A DNA stretch of 64,000 nucleotides, taken from the NCBI RefSeq assembly GCF_009914755.1, contig NC_060934.1; one strand, given 5' to 3'. Below the pieces are notes generated by a model that was not told the DNA's origin, did not search any database, and saw nothing but the letters and a program-made list of their open reading frames with translations. This document shows, one piece after another, positions 15,678-29,469 of this stretch. Position 1 is the stretch's first letter; each line of letters begins with the position of its first letter. A program made the position numbers and the translations under genes. This stretch comes from the human T2T-CHM13v2.0 reference genome, Homo sapiens.

Positions 15678-18600
15678 TGAGGAAAAATATTCTTAAGGAA
15701 ACTTGAAATATTATAAAATTTAGTAGTTTAGTTGTTATGACATAGATATTGCAATTCTAATTTGATTAATATACTAGGATATTTCAAAATAGCAGTTACA
15801 TTTTTCAAAATTCTTAGAGGAATCATGATATCTGTTTGTTCTTGTTTTTAAATTATTTATTCATTCATTTATTTTATAAATCTCTTCCCAAAATGTATAG
15901 GTCAAGAATTTAGCGGCTTCCCCTATACACTGACTATAGCTAATAGTGCAAGGTGTGAAACTGATTTGGCTGAAATGTTCATTCACTTTAGCTCCATGAA
16001 TCCAAACTCTACCCCAGTGAATGTTCCATGAGCCAAGACCATAGGTACAACAATTAGAATTCATTTCTTTTTTAAGTGACTTGATAAATACACTGTTAGT
16101 CCTTTGAGATAATACAAGTGGACATTGAATCCAATTGAACATTATTATATCAATGATGCGAAAAGAACAATGATGCTTGAATTTTCAGCAGGTACAGATA
16201 CTGTAAAAGTGCACATTCCTCAATGAACTTAGATACCCCTTAAAAGTGTATGTCAGCCACAGACAATTACTAAACATATGCAAAGACAGACACAAAGCCA
16301 CTTAATGGAGCTGCCCCTGCCTTCTTTGTCCTCTGAATTTCTTTCTCTTCCTGTTGAAAGCCTTTCCAAATTCCTTCCTTCTACCTTGGGAACGTTTCTT
16401 TAGGCATTCAGTACATCACATTTTTCAGAAGCTTCCCCCAGACTTGTTGTCTAAATTAGGCAACTATTAATTCTACTGTAATCTATAGAATATGTTTAGG
16501 TGATGGCATGCAATCTTAGCTGTGTTCACTACATTTTGATGCTGGGTTCACTATCTTTGAAGCAGTGAGTGACAGATATTTCAAGGACCATAATGAATTT
16601 GATAATATATCACTTAGCTGAGATGCCCAACAGAACTTTCTTAACCAGTCTGCGTGTCACCAAAGGCAACTAGTTGGGGTTGGAGTGCCTCAGTGGCCAG
16701 AGGGGATTAATAATCTAAGGTAAAACTGAAATCTACGCATTGGACATCTCACCTAGTCATAGCCTGAAATTTAACATATAGAACACTTCCTCTGAACCAT
16801 TATTAAGCATTAAAAATATGCCAAGAAAATAGTTAAAATTATTCATGAATATAGATGCATTGCACTTTACATTTTTCTCATTGATATTTAAAAAAAACTT
16901 TCCTTTTTTTATGTTTCTGAATTCATAGATATGGACATGAAGCTTATATATAAAATCAATAGTTTTTTTAATTTTAGAAAATTTTTAAACGTATTTATTT
17001 CTTTAGGTTATGTGAACTATAAATATTTCAACTTTTTTGTTTGTTTCAAAGCATTAAGTTCCAGTATCTAACAGATATGTTCGTGTGTGTGCACATATAT
17101 GTGCTTATATGCATTTGTATGCATGTCTTTGGGGAGACAGTTTCTTCCTGATAAATATAAATAACTAAAGCTAAGTTTGTAAAACCCAGAAGAATCAATT
17201 TTCCCCTATTCACTTCAGTGAGATTTGCTTAAAATATCTACTATTACTAGATACAAAAAACTCATTCAAAGATCCACTATCCCATTCATGTGCAGATCCT
17301 CTTTTCTCTCGGTAGGAAACATATAAAATTAATCCATCCATTTGAAGATGTTCTGTGTTTATTTTTAAATTAACATTTCAAACAAGTAATATATTATTAA
17401 CCTCCTGTTTTAATGTAATATTTCTAAGTATTACTACGTGTACAGCTGCATTATTCTTTTGATATGTATTTATTTAATCTTTTAAATTGAGTGACAAGTT
17501 TCCCAGCATTAAGACATTTTAATAAATCCTGAGAATTTTGAATCAGAAAATAGATATTTCTTTCCCAAGCAATTATAAAAATGATTCTGAAAGCATTTCA
17601 TATAGTCTTAAATTTAAAGAATTACCTCTGTAATAAAAAATTTTGTTATCTAAATTTCTTTTCAACATTATTTAATTCATATAAATTATTTTTCAAAACC
17701 TTCCTGTGAAAAGGACTTAACTTTTGGATAAAATTCTACAATGTTATCTTCATCTAGCTTAATAAAATTAGCTTAAAATGGTCTCAATAATATTTTCATA
17801 ATAATTATAATAAGAGTGATACGATGGCTTGGAATAATGGATTTTCTGAATCCAAGATAATAGTATTACATCCTACAAGTAATTTTTTGTATAATCTTTA
17901 GCCACTGCTTACTCTTACCATTTTAATAATTTCAAAAACTTCAACTCTCAAGCAATTAACTAAAACAACATCTAGCTAAAAGTCTTTGTGCTAATTGTCT
18001 CATCAAGTTGGTTAAACTGAAAATCGTTTCCTAGAATCTTTTGTTTTGTTTTGTTTTGTATGTTTCTGGGCTATATTTGGTTAAAAGAGAAACTAGCACA
18101 AAATTTAGGAGTGGGCAAGAAATCAGAGATTTTTATGTATAAGCAGTATTTGTGTTCAACTACAGTGATATCAGATATAAAAGTGCTTCATGTCTACGTT
18201 GTTTTTAATCTAGCTCCTCTTCCTAATGGCTGGCTTTGCTAACCATCAGCAGCCCCAGAGACCATGCATACAAGCCATGTAGTCAACCGTGGGGTTTTAC
18301 CTGCAGTAAAAGCAGGTTGGAGAAAGATTGTAGCACTGGGCAAAACCTGGCAGGACCAAACTTCACTTCAGAAAACTCAGCTTTTCTGTGATTATACATT
18401 TTTAATCTATAAAATAAAGGTAATATAACTATCTTAAAATGTATTTTGAGATTAAAGTACTAATCATTTGAAAAAGCAAGTTATATACTACATCACATTA
18501 AGTTTATGTAATCAGAATATTTTTTACTATTACTAGCTTCCTACCAACATGCTACTACCCATAATAAAGTAAGTTATTTTGTCTGAATTGGGACTTTTTA

Positions 18601-18868
18601 ATTCAAATCATCCAAATTGTTTTATGTTAGATTTTATTCATTTATTGAAGGCTATTCTCTAATATGAGACATTTCATTTGACATTCCTGACATGGTCTAT
18701 ACTGTACCAAGCCCCAAAAGGGTAAAAATAGAAAGCAACACTATAAAGGCAAAGTTCTTTTTTGGTGAGCGGGAGACTGAGAAATTAAAGCCCCCAAATT
18801 GGTAATGAGAATAATCATAATATGATAATCTCTAATATGATACAATAAAATAATATATGTTAAGTCCT

Positions 18869-19349
18869 TGTTGCGGATTAAATTATGTCCTTCAAAAAGA
18901 TATGTTGAAGCCCTACCCCCTGGTACCTATATATGCACTATTTTTTTTTGGAAATAGGGTCATTGTGAATATAATCTAGGTAAAATGAAGTCATAATGGA
19001 TTAGGGTGGGTTCTAATGTAGTGACTAGGCTTTTCATCAGAGAGACTCTAGGGATATTTACATTCAGAGACACAGATGCACAGGGAAGAAGGCCATGTGA
19101 AGGCAGAAACAGAAATTATAGTGATGTTGCCATAAACCAAGGAACTTGCTGCCAAATTGCCAACAACAGCCAGAAACTAGTTAAGAGGCAAGAAAGGATT
19201 CCTCCCTAGAGCTTTCAGTGAAAGTATGGCCCTGCTGACACCTTCATTTCAGAAGTCGAGTTTCCAGAAGTGTTAGATAATAAATTTCCATTGTTTTAAG
19301 TCACCAGGTGTCTGGTAATGTTTTACCACAATGCTAGGATAGTAATATA
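18869..19349 (+). mobile_element. MaLR LTR, MLT1B/C-like
   Basis: aaaagatatgttgaagccctacc, ggaaatagggtc, ggccctgctgacacctt. Confidence 0.75.
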
Positions 19350-20015
19350 GCCAGTTTTTACAAAGTATTCTCATTAAAACACTAGATCTGCAGAATTTAA
19401 ATAGATTACTTCAGGGGAAAAAAGGTTTACAGTCAAATAAATGTGCAATAACCTAGGTTTTATTTATTAAATTGGCTGGGTTCAATTGTTGCATTAAAAT
19501 GCCATGTGTGCATTGTTAAATTTATATGGCATTTTCAAAGCCATTTGTAAAAAAAAAAATTTAATGTAGTATTCATAGAATTGGCTATCTTAAATGATAA
19601 ACTTTTGAAAACACTGCTAGAGCCAACTTAAATTCTAAAAGCAAAATGTACATCCAAATAATATTTACACAGAATTAAGCAAGTCTTATCCCAGAATTAT
19701 AAAATTCTGGTAGAATATTAGGCAATATATTACTGTTATAAAATAGAAGCATAAATATGACAAGTATCAATGTTGTAATCATAGGTATGGTGAAGATATT
19801 CAACAGAAAATAAACAGGTTGTTATCTATAAATTCTGTAGAAATAAGAGAATGTTAATAGTAAAGCTCAAGAACCATCTTACTATCCTCAAGAATATGAA
19901 ACTTGCTATCAGTGAATTTTTATTACCAAATATTGATCTGAAAATTCCAGTCAATGCAATCACCTAAAACATAGTAAGAGTAATAATTATTCAAAATGAG
20001 GATATAGAATTATCA

Positions 20016-20715
20016 TGTTAAAAGAAAACCATTAGACAAGTTAAATTTAACGAAGTTTTTAATTGAAGAAAGAATGATTTGCTAAAGGACAATCCTCCTC
20101 CTTCTAAGCAAAACAGGTTCACAGTGACTCTGGGACTTTCCCATGGTTGGAGATTTGGCTACTTGTTACAAGAGTCCATTCACATTTCCAGTTAGATTAC
20201 AGTTCACTATGTATGGAGAAACCTTTAGGCTGAACTTAAAATATATAAGGAAGCAGCTTTAGGCTAAACTTAATTTAATAATTCCTCCCTTTTGGTTAAT
20301 CTCTCAAAATTAAGAAGTTGATCAAAACTTTAGGCATTGATGTCATTCTTTCACCGTTGTAAATGAACTAACTTCTTCTCAATTCCACTGGAAAATAGCA
20401 AAACAGTGGGTTTTGTAAGGTGAAAACAAGCAAAGAGAACAACGGTAAAAAAAAATAATAATAATAATAACTGATTGGTTTCTTCAGGTCACTTTTCTAT
20501 AAAGGTTAAAGCAGAGAGGACTTCCTTATTATTCTGTGATCTCCTGTTTTCAGAAGACAAAATAGGTTTGTTTTGAGATCTCTTTGCTTCCTTAGAGTTT
20601 CCAATTTCTTATATGGCATTTAGCAGGAATGACTCCATTTTGTTTGGTCTGGTCTGTTAGGGCCTAGTGCTTGAGCTCAGTCTAAAATCATGGCCTCTTA
20701 TAGTTTTGTTTAATA
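20016..20715 (-). mobile_element. MER57/MER4-group LTR (20016-20280) plus adjacent internal fragment
   Basis: tgttaaaagaaaacc..agacaagttaaatttaac...aggctaaacttaatttaata, followed by a PPT-like attcctcccttttgg. Confidence 0.6.
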
Positions 20716-21902
20716 ATCATTATATGCAGAAAACATGATCTCCCCAAAATACCTTAGAGAACCAGCTGAAAAATAATAAAATCTAATGAAGTCATTATGA
20801 TATTTGGTCAATTTTAATGATATATTTAGTTGTTTTTTAATAATGGAAAAAGATACAAACTATATATAGTAGGTAAGTAAATATATAACATAGTATATAG
20901 TGAATATATAAAATACAAGTTTTATATTAAATTATCTTAGAAAAAACTAGAAAAGAAATCTAAAGTTTCATATTAATCTTTTTGTTAAGCAGAGGTATAA
21001 TAAGAGGTGATTTCCTTAGGGCATTTTTTCAAATTATTTCTGTGGAATATGGACTAATTATACACAAAAACACATATATAATTATTTATATGATTTATGA
21101 GAAATGAAGTTCCCATAATATGAGTTGTATTATTTTTCATTTAAATGACACATATAAATGAAATTTCATTTAGTAAACATGAAGAATAATAGTTGTCTCA
21201 TTTCAGCTATAAATTTCTCCTACCATTTTCCCTTTTCTTTGTCCTCTTGTTTCTCCTCCCATTCCTCTCCCAAGCCCCTCAATCCTAGTCTTCTCCTTTT
21301 TGTTCTTTTTAAGTAACATTAACATGGAAAAAACTTCATATTTGAATACCAAGTTTTTTTGAGTAATGTCAATTATTTAGACTGGCATTCAAATGTGGAG
21401 TTTTAGATTTTGTGCATTTTTTTCTACATTGCATGAATTATAGAGGAAAGTTTTCTGAATGGTAATACTTGTGTTCTTCAAAGGGCAAGATATAGCTTTG
21501 CATAATCCCTGGCGGAGGTCCATTTTCCATTTTCATCTGCTTTTTCTCTTCCCTTTTCAGCTACCTTTAAGGTTAGGATGATAGGACTAAAACAGTTGGG
21601 CAAGTACAGACTTAAGAAAAAATGATAGATTACTGAAGAAGCCTTTGCTTTGGTTTAATTTTGTGTTAATGTACCTAAACCCCTAATCTGATTTCCTATG
21701 GGTATCTTAGGGAGAGTGACCCTCTCTTGTCTTCCTGGTTCATGCATAAAATTTCTTGGGGTTTCTTTAGACACCAGTTGCTATTCCCCTGGCTATGTCA
21801 CTCGAGTGGGAAAATAGTCAGACAAAGATATTTTTGTGGCAATATCCATGTTGTAGTGATGTACTCAAGGCATACAATAAAGTAGATAGATATATGAGAT
21901 AC

Positions 21903-22392
21903 TGCCGAGACCAGCTCGGTTGCGGAGACCCTAACCCAGCGGCGCTAGAGGAATTAAAGACACACGCACAGAAATATAGAGGTGTGAAGTGGGAAATCAG
22001 GGGTCTCAACAGCCTTCAGAGCTGAGAGCCCTGAACAGAGACTTACCCACGTATTTGTTAACAGCAAACTAGTCATTAGCATTGTTTCTATAGTTATTAA
22101 ATTAACTAAAAATATCCCTTATGGGAAATGAAGGGATGGGCCGAATTAAAGGAATAGGTTGTACTGGTTAACTGCAGCAGGAGCATGTCCTTAAGGCACA
22201 GATTGCTCATACTATTGTTTGTGGCTTAAGAATGCCTTTAAGCAGTTTTCCTCCCTGGGCAGGCCAGGTGTTCCTTGCCCTCATTCCAGTAAACCCACAA
22301 CCTTCCAGCGTGGGCATTAGGGCCATTATGAACATGTTACAGTGCTGCAGCGGTTTTGTTTATGGCCAGTTTCGGGGGGCCTGCTCCCAACA
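21903..22392 (-). mobile_element. MER9 LTR (3' LTR of HERV-K9/HML-3)
   Basis: tgccgagaccagctcgg..gaccctaacccagcggcgctagagg ... ggcctgctcccaaca; PPT (tgtcccccttcttt) immediately internal. Confidence 0.9.
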
Positions 22393-22772
22393 TGTCCCCC
22401 TTCTTTGATTTGCAAATCAATAAAGGCAAAGGTAGTTTTGTCACGGTGAGCTACTTCTTGCAGGAGTCAGGATCCACATCTGCAAACTATACAAAGACAA
22501 ATAACAGAGATTAAAAGCACATTCATCATTGAAATCACAGAGCTTCCAAGTGTTTTTATCCATTTTAATGGATTACTAGCTGCTAATCTGTCTGCAGCTC
22601 CTTTAAGCACTCCAGTTCCTGTTATTAAGGTCAGGTGTGCCTGGGATGCTTTAAATATTTGTTCTTTTAATTTTGTAATATCCAAAAACAAGTTTGTAGA
22701 GTATCCTTTTAGATACTTTTTTATTCTTTCCCAAATTTTGATCTTATTAAGAGCATTTAATAGTTTCCACAA
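22393..22772 (-). pseudogene. env: HML-3 env transmembrane C-terminal remnant
   Basis: ORF 22467-22772 (WERIKKYLKG..LDITKLKEQIFKASQAHL..NPLKWIK plus hydrophobic anchor) resembles betaretroviral TM. Confidence 0.8.
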
Positions 22773-22844
22773 TTGTTTCTTCTTCTTTTAAGTATCAGAT
22801 AATGGCAGTGCCACTTTTAACTACTCCAAATGTAAGATGACAAT

Positions 22845-23726
22845 TTCCATTTCAAAAGTGGGTTTTTCTCTTCTATCGCACTGTCAGGCTACAAATTTTC
22901 CGCATTTTTATGCTCTGTTTCTCTGTTAAAACTGAATGCTTTTAACAGCACCCAAACCGCCTCTTGAATGCTTTGCTGATTAGCAGTTTCTTCTGCCAGA
23001 TACCCTAAATCATCTTCCTCAAGTTCAAAGTTTCACAAATGTCTAGGGCAGGTGCCAAATGCCACCAGTCTCTTTGTTAAAACACAGCAAGTGTCATGGT
23101 TACTCCATTTGCCAACAAATTCCTCATCTCCATCTGAGGCCACCTCAGCCAGCGTTTCATTGTCCATATCACTATCAGCATTTTGGTCAAAGCCATTCAA
23201 CGAGTCTCTAGGAAGTTCCAAACTTCCCACATTTTCCTGTCTTCTTCTGAGCCCTCCAAACTGTTCCAACCTCTTCCTGTTACCCAGTTCCAAAGTTGCT
23301 TCCACATATTTAGGTATGTTTACAGCAGTGCCCCAATCCTCTGGTACCAATGAACTGTATTAGTCTGTTCTCATGCTGCTGATAAAGAGATACCTCAGAC
23401 TGGGTAATTTATGAAGAAAAGGGGTTTAATGGACTCACAGTTCCACATGACTGGGGAGGCCTCACAATCATGGCAGAAGGCAAAGAAGAAGCAAAGTAAC
23501 ATCTTACACGGCAGCAGAGAAGAGAGAATAACAGCAAAACTAAAGGAGAAACTCCTTGTAAAACCATCGGATCTCATGAGACTTATTCACTACCAGGAGA
23601 ACAGTATGGAGCAAACTGCCACCATGATTCAATTATCTCCTAGATGGTCCCTCCCAAAACATGTGGGAATTATGGGAGCTACAATTCAAGATGAGATCTG
23701 GTTGGGGACACAGCCAAGCTGTATCA
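22845..23726 (-). mobile_element. THE1 (C/D-like) 5' LTR (23356-23726) plus truncated internal region
   Basis: tgtattagtctgttctcatgctgct...gctgtatca LTR; internal ORF remnant 23033-23350 (VEATLELGN..DQNADSDMDNE) typical of THE1/MST-int. Confidence 0.85.
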
Positions 23727-23795
23727 ATAATATCAATAACCTATAAATATAATGTGATTCCCACATAATACAGCTCCATTTTTGTCTGGAATTAA

Positions 23796-24636
23796 TGAAG
23801 CAGGATATTTTCTTGACCACTTCATGGGACTTGTGACAGCGTTGCCTCATTTACTCAGCCCGCCCCTGTCTATCCCTTGTGGGAGGAGGCGTGTGAGTGA
23901 ATGAGTGCACAAACAGGAGCAAGCGAGTGCAGGATCCAGCGGGTTGCTTTTGTGTGCTGGCAGGAACAAACTCCACGCAGGCCCTGCAGCAGCATCCAGG
24001 TGGGGATGCTTGCAACTCCTGAAGCCCCAGAGGGCATGTTACAGTGCTCTTTTAGCTCTGCCAACCGTGGACAGCTTAACAGCTCAGTGACCCTTTTGCC
24101 ATTTCATGTGAGCAGCTGCTCTCTGTCAGTGAGGGCAAAGAGCCAATGTGATAGCCTTTTATATCCACACCCATGGCTCCTGAGCTCTTGTCTGGCATCC
24201 AGGAAGAAGGAGGTCACATGAACAAATTGAAGGATGGTAAATGCGGGGGATTTTATTGCTAATGAAAGTGGCTCTCAGTGGGAAGGGGAGCTGTAAATCG
24301 GAGGGGGTAGGAAGATTACCTTCCCCTGAAGTCAGGTCATCTCCAGCCAGATTCTTCTCCGAAGTTACGCTGTTAAGCTGTCCTTCTGAAGTCAAGCTGC
24401 TTTTCTCCCACGTCCAGCCATAGTCCCATGTACTAGCTGAGTCTGGGGTTTTAATAGGCACAGGATGGCGCAGGGCGGGGCCAGGGGTGGTTGAGGAAAA
24501 AGCAGCATTCAAGTGGGAAAACAGGTATATAAGCTCTCACTTTGGCCTGTGGTTTCAGGTTTTTTGGCTTGAGAGTGGCGGTTTGTCAGTGACCCACACT
24601 TTTCTGGCTAGAATTTCTCTGCCCCCGTCCCTGTCG
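23796..24636 (-). mobile_element. ERV1 solo LTR (MER52/LTR27/LTR28 group)
   Basis: GC-rich LTR, tgaagcaggatatt...cctgtcg; TATA-like ttttaatagg and ttttattg poly(A)-signal-like motif on the minus strand. Confidence 0.6.
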
Positions 24637-26063
24637 ATAAGAGAACAAGCAAGTTAATTTGGAATAAAAACACAAGCAAGACCATTCAGGGAAAGACTGA
24701 AAAAGGGCAAATTTTCAGTAATAAAAATACACAAAATTAAAACCAACTTTTGCAGCTTGAATAGATGAAAAATTAAAATAAAATATACAAAAACTGGAAA
24801 AAACACACTTGGGAATTTAGTTAATGATAAAAACATTTCAGAGCATTGGGAAAATATAAATTTTTAAGCAAATATTATCAGGATAGTGGAATAGCCATAC
24901 GCAAAGAGGTAATTTTTGTTCTGTTTTAGTTAGTACTATTCCTTAGTCTTGGAATATTTTTTCCTCTTTCCCTCATTTGACCTTTCTTCTTTGTCCATCA
25001 ACCCACCACTTGGCTGTCCTGCAAGATCCCAATTTTGTCACATTACTTTCCTAAGTACATCACTCCTCTCAGTGGATGATATCTCTACATGACAAAGTAT
25101 TTTTCAGAAATTGTCTTTTTCAGAAATTTTATATTTTCTTATTCTAAAGTGATATGGTTTACTAATAAATAAGTTTGGGCTAGAATGAAATGCCTCAGTT
25201 TATGCATCAGTGTTATGCTCCTTAACTCTGCATTATATGTTGTTAAAAAGACATGATTGTCTTTGAGTTGCATACTTTAAAAATAGTAAAAATGGAAACA
25301 AGAATAACACAAGTTGTAAAATTATTAATACAATTGCACAATTTTTAACATTTTAGATATTTTTTCCTACTGCTTAAAGCTGTAGGAAGCAGGAACCACA
25401 TCACTTTTCAACAGATCTTACCCATCTTTTGGATTAAAAGAAGCTTTCACTCTGTATGCTAGCATTCAATAATGCTAGTTTTCTTCCATTCTGCATCTTT
25501 GACTCAATTTGCTCAGTAGGCAGTTATCTGTATGGTTTCTAGACACACAGGAGGCATCATTATGTTCCATTGAGTGAGAACTTAGCTAGGGGCAAGAAAG
25601 TACTCTAACCTAGTGTTACCAAATAAAGTTCAAAGGGGATTTTAAATTTCTCCTCCTGAACTCAATACAAAAAGCTTAATAGGTGTGATACAAATGCTTG
25701 CGATACATAAGCCCAGAGGGTCTTGTTCAGTGTAGTTATATGAACAGACCTTATAAATTCTAATGCTATGTAGGCACTGAGTATTTTACTTTATTCTAAC
25801 TTTCTTTGTGTCTTTTTGTTCAAAAATATTTTTAAAATACGCAAACACATGCAGACATTTTAAAGAGACTTGGTTATGCCGCAGAAATGAAGATATACTG
25901 ACACTCGAATACAATGTGGTTTGAAAAATAACAGTTACATACAAGCTTAGAAAGTACTCTCTTTGAGCTTTGTATCACCATTATTGAAACTAGGGAGAAT
26001 TTAAAATCACAATTTAAACTAACAATTATAAAATGTAACTTAATTTTAAATACAGTAGTCCCT

Positions 26064-26507
26064 TGTCTTAGTCTGTTTGTGTTCTATAAAAGGATACCTG
26101 AGGCTGGGTAATTTATATATTAAAAAATAGGTTATTTGGTTTATGCTTCTGTTGGCTGTTTAAAAATCCGTGGAACCAGAATCTGCTTCTTGTGAGGACT
26201 TTATTTAGGCTGCTCACACTCATAGCAGCAGGCAAAAGGGAGCTGGTATGTGCAGAGATCACATGGCAAGAGAGGAAGCAAGAGACAGAGAGTAGGTGCC
26301 AGGCTCTTTTTAACAGCCGGCCAGCTCTAGAGAGAACTAATGGAGTGATAATACACTCACTGTCCCACTCTGGGGAAAGGCATTAATCTCTACATGAGGG
26401 ATCTGCCCTAATAACTCAAATATCTCCCATAGGTATCAACCTCTAAGATTGGGGATCAAATTTCAACATGAGATTTAGAGAGGTCAAACAAAAAACAAGC
26501 TAGAGCA
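26064..26507 (-). mobile_element. MST (MSTB-like) solo LTR
   Basis: tgtcttagtctgtttgtgtt..tacctgaggctgggtaattt...ggggatcaaatttcaacatgagatt. Confidence 0.75.
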
Positions 26508-26578
26508 TCTTCCCTTATCTGTAGGGATTACACTCTAAGACCCCTACTGGATGCCTGAAACTGCTGATAGTACCAAAC

Positions 26579-27132
26579 TGAAGGACATCATAATATTTCA
26601 TCCCCAAATATACTTCTTTGATATATTTTGAGATCGCTGTTTAGAGAGCCAGCAAACAGAAGTATCCCTGAAAAGATGACTCGTGTAAGGGAGATTTGCA
26701 TCTGTAGAGACTTTGCACCGATGCAGCCAGGCTTTCTCTGAGGCCCTTTTTTTGTGTGGATCTAGGAAAGATTAACTGAGAGTCTGACACCTTCAAAAGT
26801 CTGAAAGAAACATTTACCATCTCTTTTTTTCTGAAGGCTGCTACTTGTGAGGTTTTATCTGCATCACAAGATGACCTTTGCTAACCAGGGTTTCTCTTCT
26901 CTTCTTCCCATAACCTGTTTTGCCAAGATCCAAGACTTCCACTCTTTTTGTAACCTCAAAACGATATTTAAGCCACTGTAGTCCATTGATGGCAATGGAA
27001 TAATCACTCTGTAGTTATCTCCATTGATGTTAATATATTTTTTTTTTACCTTCATTCCTATTAGTCTGCCCTTGTGAGTTGAGTTTTCAGTGAATCTTCA
27101 GAGGACAAAGAGAAAGTTTTCCCTTGCCCCAT
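26579..27132 (+). mobile_element. MER34-like ERV1 LTR
   Basis: ccccaaatatacttctttgatatattttgagat...cagtgaatcttcagagg; 3' end resembles the MER39-like LTR at 214-831. Confidence 0.65.
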
Positions 27133-27859
27133 AAAAAACTCTATATATACTGTGTGTTTTTTCTATCAGATAATCAAAACAGCTACTAAATGATGAATGG
27201 GAAGGTAGCATATGTAGTGTGGATATACTGGACAAAGGATAATTCATGTTCAGGCAAGATAGAGAGGAACAGCATGAGATTTTATCACGTTGCCCAGAAC
27301 AGCGCACAAATTAAAACTTACAAACTGTTTATTTCTGTGATTTTCCATGTAATATTGTTGGATCCTTGTTGACAGTAGGTAACTGAAACCATAGAAAATG
27401 AACCTGTGGATAAGGGAGACTACTGTAGCAATGTATGATTCTGATAAATTTATCTTTTAAAATAGAATGTTACATTAAATAACTATGTTGCAATCAATTT
27501 GTATATGATGTAATATCAACATTCAAATGATAATTTTCATCTCAACTTAAACTTTGTTTCATTTTAAGAAATTATAGGTCATACTGCAAGGTTTATGCAT
27601 TATTTCTCTTGTTTTACTATATCATAAGTAAAAGAACTTAAATGTAGAAAATTTGAGATATGCAAAAATGATAAAACCTGCAACATAGAAGTTGCAGACT
27701 AATTGTAGTCATATGTTTCAAAATGTGAAAACATATTGTTATCTGCTTTTAAATTGGTAATATGAGTGAAAGTCCTCTGTGTTAATAACTCAAATGCTTA
27801 GAATTTAATTAAATATTTTTCTTATTCATATATTTTATCTTTAAAAATTAACAAAAATT

Positions 27860-28170
<311 letters not shown>

Positions 28171-28351
28171 ATTTTGTTGTCAGAATATATTTAATTAAGA
28201 AGATAAAATTTAATTTAAATTATTTAAGTTACCTAACCACACAATTCATTTTTTATGGGCAGAAGCCCAATAATCCTCCCTCAGTAACCAAATTCATTCT
28301 ATAATTGAAAACAATTATTTTCATACCCAAAAAGTGAATATCAGCCCAAGC

Positions 28352-28914
28352 TGTGACCAGAATGGACTTCATTAACATTCTCTTCAGCTTGACTAAATCT
28401 TGGACAGGTTTCTTCCTGGCTATAGGTCTTTGACCTCCCTATTTTTAGAGACTTTATTGTCAAAAACTTGCAATTAACGAATTCTTTCTCTGCACCTTTG
28501 AGGTATAAATCTTTGCCTGGCCTCTCCCCAGTTTTACAACAAAGTAATGTCTTTCTCGTGAGTCTGGGAGCCATCCCTTTGAAATATAATTACAGTAAAA
28601 TGAACAACAAAATAAAATCACTCCTAGCTCTCAGTCTCTGTGTGGGTGGGCAGAAGCCTACTTAATTAGCAAACACAGATTACAAGTACCAATTATCAAA
28701 CACAGATGGCCTAAAGAAATTGACCAACCTTCCGATAAAGTCTTCCTGTACTCTTCTGTTAGCTCACCCCAGTACTTAATAACTTTCCTGCCTTTTGTTT
28801 CACCACAGCTGAGTTCAATCTCTCTTTCCTAGTGCAATAGCCTTGACCTTTACTGCTAGTCTTTTATGAAGTCTTCCTTGCTGTTTAATTTGCCTAGTGT
28901 AATTTTCTTTAACA
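28352..28914 (+). mobile_element. ERV1 LTR (MER67/MER31-like)
   Basis: tgtgacc..cagcttgactaaa..caggtttcttcctg...ttttctttaaca. Confidence 0.55.
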
Positions 28915-29469
28915 TCTGGCAAATTACTTATTAAGCATTATAGTTTAATGACTAACAGCATATGTTCTCAAGGTAGACTGCTTGTTCACAATTTCAGCTA
29001 CATGATTTCTAGATATGTGAGTGTGTGAGAGACCTTCAAGAAACTGTTTAAGCATCCTCTGCCCATTTCCTTATCTATAAAACGAGAATGTTGTTATAAT
29101 CTCTCTCATGTGGTAACTTACTTAAGATAGCTTGTGTTAACACGTGTATATTGGTACATATCTAATATAATTTTCCATAATGGCAATGTGGTCTTTACTG
29201 ATCTTTCTAGACTATGACTGGCAACTTAAGTTTAATGGTGAGTGATACATGTAGGAGAAGTCAGGTGTGAGTGTCTACTGGTGTCCTGTAACCATCCCAA
29301 TTAAATTCTTTAAATTAAGTTTCATCACTTCTAAAACACTGTTTTCATCATAAAATATACCTGGCATCGGAATTGCTGTGTATGAGGGACTTCATCGCTG
29401 GTTTTGATTTATCTGAAAGCCCAGATTCTGACTAAAATGTTCACATAGGTCTTCTTTAGTTCAAGTACC

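Larger units (their letters stand above)
26053..27425. mobile_element. MER44 (Tigger7-derived) DNA transposon hosting two LTR insertions
   Basis: TIR ends cagtagtcc...gactactg flanked by TA; the element resumes at about 26510 and about 27135. Confidence 0.75.

Noticed and set aside
21535-21580. Strong polypyrimidine tract plus CAG (splice-acceptor-like) at about 21560
   Set aside because: No supportable exon or ORF follows, and such motifs are common by chance.
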